Source: Treponema sp. (lineage in GTDB: Bacteria; Spirochaetota; Spirochaetia; Treponematales; Breznakiellaceae). From it: a stretch of 41,481 nucleotides of DNA. The notes under the pieces were generated by a model. It was given only the letters and a program-made list of their open reading frames with translations, searched no databases and was not told the DNA's origin. Below, in pieces: positions 37,108-41,481 of the stretch. Within the stretch, counting starts at the first letter, position 1; every line of letters begins with the position of its first letter. Where the stretch lies: NCBI GenBank assembly GCA_031284105.1, contig JAITAN010000256.1, positions 1 through 41,481 on the forward strand, written 5' to 3'. Made by a program: the position numbers and the translations under genes.

Positions 37108-37178
37108 AGTTTTCTCCTTCTCACATACATAGTGAGTGTAGAGATATTGTAAATCTTTTGAAGGTTTTCGTCTATGGC

Positions 37179-37283
37179 TCGTAACCAATTCCGCGCGACT
37201 GGGAACTAATTCCGCGGAGCGCGTAAGTAATTCCGCGCGGCCCGGAACTACTTCCGCATGGCCCGGAAGTAATTCCATCTTCC
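37179..37283 (+). repeat. 21-bp tandem repeat array, second locus (about 5 units)
   Basis: Units at 37179-37199, 37200-37220, 37221-37241, 37242-37262 and 37263-37283 belong to the same family and orientation as 6801-7140 (for example cgtaagtaattccgcgcggcc). Confidence 0.9.
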
Positions 37284-37700
37284 CGTACCAATGCGGCAGC
37301 CTCCGCTCTGCCGCTTACATTCGCCGCCGTCGTACTTACGCCGTGCGCCATTCCGCCGTATGCGTCTACCCCGATATGCGCCTTCATCCCGAAATGTCGT
37401 TCCTTCCCTCCAGCGCTCCTTTTTCCGCGGGCTGTTTCACGCTAGGGTACACGCCGGTTTCCACACCTTTGAGGCATAGTCCGTCGCTTGCACCCATGCT
37501 CACGCCGGCGGATGAGCGCATTAAGCAGGTCCGATTATCTTCGGCGGCAGTTCCTCTTTTATGTGTCTTTACCTTTCTCTCCTTTAGCGGAAACGCGCCC
37601 TAGTCAGCCTCTTGAAATTGATCTGTTCCAATACCCGACCTATTCATCCTTTTCTTTTTCCTCTGAATCGCAGCGGCGAGAGGCAGATGCCAAGCGTTTG
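37284..37700 (-). pseudogene. Decayed IS5-family element, relic 3 (central and N-terminal part only)
   Basis: The minus-strand fragment MKAHIGVDAYGGMAHGVSTTAANVSG is the IS5 DDE-region signature with the catalytic D degraded. 37300-37440 aligns with 14990-15130 and 37495-37600 aligns with 24022-24186. The 3' part is replaced by the 21-bp array. Confidence 0.7.
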
Positions 37701-37907
37701 TAAAAAAGATACGCAAGTATCCCCCGTATACCCCTTTACAGGGTTCGACGGTTCGGGTTTCCGACATAGGCGGCGCCCGGCCCTGGACCTATATCCGGCT
37801 GAATACGGTGCAGCCGCCGGTACGCACGTATACCGAGTGAAGGAGGGATGACGCCGCCTAGACCGCTTCCAGCCTAGAACCGGCGGCGGCTCCTACTCGG
37901 GGGCAAC

Positions 37908-37939
37908 GCGGCGTACATGCCGGCCGGCATGTACGCCGC
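37908..37939. repeat. Perfect 32-bp palindrome
   Basis: gcggcgtacatgccgg|ccggcatgtacgccgc. The two 16-nt arms are exact reverse complements with no spacer. It lies immediately 5' of element copy B. Confidence 0.95.
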
Positions 37940-37940
37940 A

Positions 37941-38059
37941 GATTGGGGGGCGGCGGAAGCCCCGCATAAGCCCGTGAAACGGGCGACGGGGCTGGAGACA
38001 GGGGGGGCGCGCCGGACAGGCCCCTATATGCGGACCGAGGCATGGAAACAGCGCCCCCC
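37941..38059 (+). repeat. GC-rich dispersed element of about 110 bp, copy B
   Basis: Aligns with 6698-6799 through the blocks gattgggggg.ggcggaagccccgc, ggggctggagacagggg and gaaac.gcgccccc. Confidence 0.8.
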
Positions 38060-38117
38060 TTATAAATAAACCCGCGCTTCCCTCCGATTATGAGTAGAGT
38101 TATACGTCAGGGGATAC

Positions 38118-38145
38118 TTGCGAAAAGGTATAACGAATTTATAAT
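38118..38145 (+). promoter_or_regulatory. Candidate sigma70-type promoter for the downstream membrane-protein gene
   Basis: TTGCGA (38118-38123), a 16-nt spacer, then TATAAT (38140-38145) in an AT-rich stretch about 80 nt upstream of ATG 38226. Confidence 0.35.
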
Positions 38146-38225
38146 TGGTATTTTTTCGTTTCTTATGTTATTTATTTTATAATGCTATATTTTATAATAA
38201 GAGATACAGAGTACGAAAACCCAAT

Positions 38226-39122
38226 ATGAGAATAGCGGATCTGTTTATCATTACCGGTCTCCTCCTTTTCTGGTACGGCATAGTACCGTCGGTTGGTACG
38301 TTTATACAGCGCTACCACAGAAAAGTCTTCCGGCGGCAGTTCATGGCGGTACTGCACAAACCCCTTCTGGACTATGAAACATGGCGTTCGCTTGAGCGGG
38401 GAAGCGCCAACCGCGCGGTGTTCCGTTTTTTGGGGAAAATTGAATCCGTGTCCGAAACAATGCTTTGGATCAAGAACGATTCCTTACTGATCCCTCTTGC
38501 GCTACGGGATACACAGGTTTTCTTTGTCAATAACGCCAATTTGCAGCGTATCGTAAGCCGCAGGTATCCCGAGCTTTTTGAAGAGACAAAAATCTTTGTG
38601 GCAGGAGAAATTATTCGACAGGATGGGCGGCGAATTTTCGCCTCAACCAAGAAAAATCCGCTTATTACCCTTCTGTACGATAGGGAAAAGGAAGACCTTG
38701 TTACGCGGATCATAGGCGCAAGCAGAAACAAGAATGATTACTGGAACCCCGTTACGCCGTATTCCATCATCATGGGGGTATTCTCCCTCATACTCGTGGC
38801 GGTTTTCTTTCTCCAGCGTCCCGCGTTCCGGTTCACGGCCATAACCGCGTTTGCGGCGGTATTCATACCGATTTTCCCCTTTCTTCCGCCCGGCGTTCTG
38901 CTTACCTCCATAAGCCGCTTCCTACGGAAACAATCCGAAACCGCGAGTATACGATCAGATATACTCATGATACGGGAGCCGCAAGAACGAAAACAGGCGC
39001 GCCGCTACTCCGTGAAAGCCGTCATCTATGAAGTATGCGCGCTGATCGTCCTCATCATCGGCATCGGGGCAAACGTTTTTTTTGCCGGCGCAATAGCGCT
39101 GCTTTTTATCAGACAATTCTGA
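38226..39122 (+). CDS. Hypothetical membrane protein
   Basis: ATG 38226 (MRIADLFIITGLLLFWYGIVP). The ORF starts earlier at 38145, inside the AT-rich promoter-like sequence. It has one N-terminal TM helix, a soluble central domain and 3-4 C-terminal TM helices. Confidence 0.7.
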   Translation: MRIADLFIITGLLLFWYGIVPSVGTFIQRYHRKVFRRQFMAVLHKPLLDYETWRSLERGSANRAVFRFLGKIESVSETMLWIKNDSLLIPLALRDTQVFFVNNANLQRIVSRRYPELFEETKIFVAGEIIRQDGRRIFASTKKNPLITLLYDREKEDLVTRIIGASRNKNDYWNPVTPYSIIMGVFSLILVAVFFLQRPAFRFTAITAFAAVFIPIFPFLPPGVLLTSISRFLRKQSETASIRSDILMIREPQERKQARRYSVKAVIYEVCALIVLIIGIGANVFFAGAIALLFIRQF

Positions 39123-39163
39123 TCGGCGCACGGCTGCCGCCAAACCGCGTCCGCTAACCGCGC

Positions 39164-40012
39164 TTATTGCAGATCGAGGCGGTACCTCGTTACGGCCGGC
39201 TTAAACGACGAACGGTAAAGAAAGCGGGAAAAACCTTCAAACTCAACGGGCAGGTCTATGTACACCTTTGATACATGCTCCTGTCCATGATTTTTCAGGA
39301 GTCGGGAACACAGTTCCGAACCAATACCCAGCCCCCTGTATTCGGGGCGGACTTCAAGATTGCATATATAGAGCAGGGTTTCCTTCCGCTTAACGCCGAT
39401 AAAGCCCGCGAATTCGTGATTTGCGGTCTCGGCCACAAATACGGGGTCCCCCAAATCGTGCGGCTTTTCTGTGCAGCATGCCGCGTGTAGGGTTTTTACC
39501 GCCTCGCTATCATTTGCCGCGTACGCGCGGAAGATGAAATCTTCTAGAAACAGGTCTTCGATTTCATCTGGTTCTTCGCCGATTTTTTCCATATTCCAGC
39601 TTTCCCGAAGCGCGTTGTACCATAGCAGAACCGTACGCCGCATTCTTCTTTGTTTGAAGGCAAACCAGTGTTTTTCCGCATCGGGAAACTCGCTCAACAC
39701 CCGTTTGAACGCACGAAACACGCCCCTTCCCTGCTCAAGGCTCGAGTGCAAGGCGTCTCGTACCGGTGGGTTACGGAAACCGGCGGCAAAACATTCCATT
39801 AAGCGGAAGCCGTCGGCCGGCTTCCATTCGGGAATGGCGATGTACCGACTGCCGCCTGCCTCGTACGGCGCGGCGCCGTTCGACGGCTGCCGCGCACTGT
39901 CGTTTTTGTTCAGAAGCAACGAATTTTCAGTATCCAACAGGAACTCCGCGTTTTGATTTTCCATACAAAAGAGTATATCTGCGGTCAATGCCGGGGTTAA
40001 TTCAAAATACAA
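39164..40012 (-). CDS. Two-domain protein with C-terminal GNAT N-acetyltransferase fold
   Basis: TTG start at 40012 has a perfect AGGAGG 7 nt upstream. GNAT motif A is NLEVRPEYRGLGIGSELCSRLL. The N-terminal ~150 aa are of unknown family. Confidence 0.75.
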   Translation of the reverse strand: MYFELTPALTADILFCMENQNAEFLLDTENSLLLNKNDSARQPSNGAAPYEAGGSRYIAIPEWKPADGFRLMECFAAGFRNPPVRDALHSSLEQGRGVFRAFKRVLSEFPDAEKHWFAFKQRRMRRTVLLWYNALRESWNMEKIGEEPDEIEDLFLEDFIFRAYAANDSEAVKTLHAACCTEKPHDLGDPVFVAETANHEFAGFIGVKRKETLLYICNLEVRPEYRGLGIGSELCSRLLKNHGQEHVSKVYIDLPVEFEGFSRFLYRSSFKPAVTRYRLDLQ

Positions 40013-40023
40013 CGGTATACCTC

Positions 40024-41007
40024 CTAAAAACGCCGCATGGGAAACGGCAGTACGCTGTCTATGCTGGAGCGGCCGGCAAGGCTCATGATAAGCCTATCTA
40101 CGCCTATTGCAACGCCCGAACAACGGGGGTACTTTCCCTTACGCGGGGAGAACACTTTCCAATAATGCGGATCAACGGCATGGGGCACGAGCGCATATTC
40201 CGATTTGAGCGCGGCTTCCTCTTCAAAAAAAGCGCGTACCTTTTCCGGATTGGTTTCCTCGGAATAACAATTCGCAAGCTCCATGCCGCGTATGTATAGT
40301 TCCCAGCGTTCTACGGTTAGTCCGTCCGCGTTTTTCTTTGCCAAACACGGCACAAACGCCGGATAATCCATCAGTACGACCGGTTTGTCGCGGGGAAGAT
40401 TCGGTTCAATCGTATGCACGAAGATCAGATCGTACAGGGCGGCTATTCTTGTGTTTGGGGGCGGGTTCAAACCGAGCGTGCGCGCTTCAATTTCCAGCCT
40501 GCCTTTTTCGGCCGCGGAGAAAAGGCTAAAACCCGCGAACGTTCTGAACGCGTCTTCGATGGTAAGGCGCAAAAAAGGCGGCCTAATACTTTTCCGTGCG
40601 GTCGAAGGCAAGAGCGTTGCGAGAAGCGCTTCGGTTATGTCAAGGGAATCTTCATAGCCCGCGTCCATCGTATAGTATTCCAGCATGGTAAATTCAGGAC
40701 TATGCAGCCGCCCCGTCGATTCGCCGTTACGGAAGCATTTCCCAATCTGGTACATATCCACGCGGTGATCGGCAATGAGGCGTTTCATCCAGATTTCAGG
40801 CGAAGGCGTCAGAAAATACGGCTGCTTTTTCGGCGGTTCAGTTAGTTCGGGGCGTATGTATGCGGTTTCAAACACTTCAAGACACGATTCGGGTATGAGG
40901 TTACGCGCGAGAACCGGCGTGTCCGTCTCCAGATAGTTCCGTTCATCAAAAAATCGGCGTATTTTTCTAATAATATGCGCGCGTTCCCGCAGTAATTCTA
41001 AATCCAC
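40024..41007 (-). CDS. epmA: EF-P--(R)-beta-lysine ligase (truncated class II LysRS paralogue, GenX/PoxA)
   Basis: 327 aa and collinear with E. coli EpmA. IRRFFDERNYLETDTP aligns with EIRRFFADRGVLEVETP. CFRNGE...HSPEFTMLEYY is class II motif 2. CSGVAIGVDRLIM is motif 3. Confidence 0.85.
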   Translation of the reverse strand: MDLELLRERAHIIRKIRRFFDERNYLETDTPVLARNLIPESCLEVFETAYIRPELTEPPKKQPYFLTPSPEIWMKRLIADHRVDMYQIGKCFRNGESTGRLHSPEFTMLEYYTMDAGYEDSLDITEALLATLLPSTARKSIRPPFLRLTIEDAFRTFAGFSLFSAAEKGRLEIEARTLGLNPPPNTRIAALYDLIFVHTIEPNLPRDKPVVLMDYPAFVPCLAKKNADGLTVERWELYIRGMELANCYSEETNPEKVRAFFEEEAALKSEYALVPHAVDPHYWKVFSPRKGKYPRCSGVAIGVDRLIMSLAGRSSIDSVLPFPMRRF

Positions 41008-41184
41008 CTGTGGTTCCTACCGGTATGCCGGATGTGCGCCGCTTGTATAGGGTATATTCGGCATAGTGAACGAATTGCAGAAATTATCGCCCTATATACC
41101 GTATTCAGCGCAGTATTGTACGTTTTTTTCGGGTTCGGTGTTTTCATGGGTTCCATCTTTACCGAATAACGGGAATGAAAGACG

Positions 41185-41481
41185 TCAGCCCTCCCACCGA
41201 AGGCTTTCCGTCTGTACGTTTTCATACATGCTTTTGAATTCTTCCGTGACGGACATAAAAATATCGACGAGCGTAGGATCAAAATGGGTGCCTTTCCCTT
41301 CTTTGATGATGGAGACGGCTTTTTCATGGGAAAAACTTCCCTTGTATGGGCGCGGTGAAAGGAGCGCGTCATATACGTCCGCTACAGCCATCAACCGCCC
41401 CTGAAGCGGGATGTCTTGACCGTTAAGCCCCAACGGATAGCCGCTTCCGTCCCACTTTTCATGGTGAAAACCGGCAAAGAT
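41185..41481 (-). CDS. HD-GYP domain protein (C-terminal part; 5' end lies beyond the window)
   Basis: The reading frame is open to the window edge. It encodes ...FAGFHHEKWDGSGYPLGLNGQDIPLQGRLMAVADVYDALLSPRPYK, which carries the HHE..DGSGYP and ADV(Y/F)DAL signatures. Confidence 0.85.
   Translation of the reverse strand: MFAGFHHEKWDGSGYPLGLNGQDIPLQGRLMAVADVYDALLSPRPYKGSFSHEKAVSIIKEGKGTHFDPTLVDIFMSVTEEFKSMYENVQTESLRWEG

Noticed and set aside
36445-37152. 235-aa plus-strand ORF antisense to the 225-aa gene
   Set aside because: Its Arg/Gly/Phe-rich composition is typical of the antisense of a real gene, and it has no SD. The minus-strand ORF has a strong SD and balanced composition.
37108-37278. 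N-terminal extension of ORF 36430..37278 (MELLPGHAEVVPGRAELL...)
   Set aside because: The extension is a read-through of the 21-bp repeat array. An internal ATG at 37107 with a GAAGGAG SD is a far better start.
37735-37765. tRNA-like GGTTCGA motif (cagggttcgacggttcgggtttcc)
   Set aside because: The flanks cannot form a 5-bp T-stem, and no acceptor or anticodon arms can be drawn.
40998-41372. 124-aa minus-strand ORF spanning the epmA / HD-GYP spacer
   Set aside because: It overlaps the HD-GYP C-terminus in another frame and is basic and low-complexity. The HD-GYP frame carries the diagnostic motifs.

Overview
This 41.5 kb window is chromosomal DNA of about 50% GC. I infer a host-associated spirochaete, probably Treponema, from a BspA-type LRR lipoprotein, a giant coiled-coil membrane protein and the overall gene content. 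I support about 29 protein-coding genes and found no rRNA, tRNA or CRISPR.

Core genes recognised from motifs:
- rsgA, murI, rsmE, thrC, epmA
- a GH1 beta-glucosidase and a GH57 / GT4 alpha-glucan pair
- a HAD hydrolase, an M15 peptidase and a SAM methyltransferase
- a GNAT protein and a 5'-truncated HD-GYP gene at the right edge

The most interesting locus is a tightly packed minus-strand operon at 15480-22845. Its gene order is GH1, DUF212, a 543-aa polytopic membrane protein, then RnfC-, D-, G-, E- and A-like genes. The five Rnf homologues appear to have lost nearly all canonical cofactor motifs:
- the RnfC GGAGFP and ECEPY motifs
- the RnfD and RnfG FMN acceptor threonines
- the RnfA and RnfE TNC cysteines

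No rnfB is present. The slot downstream of the rnfA-like gene holds a decayed IS5-family element. I read this as a repurposed Rnf-derived membrane complex, not a standard ferredoxin:NAD+ oxidoreductase.

Other accessory features:
- a solitary LRR / winged-helix-like / AAA+ ATPase gene
- two arrays of a 21-bp palindrome-containing tandem repeat, each just upstream of a gene start
- a 23-bp tandem array inside an IS relic
- three decayed copies of one IS5-like element
- a duplicated GC-rich element of about 110 bp next to a perfect 32-bp palindrome
- a 1796-aa coiled-coil protein with internal 138/109-aa duplications and a C-terminal HTH-like tail

All homology statements come from reading motifs by eye and need HMM or BLAST confirmation.
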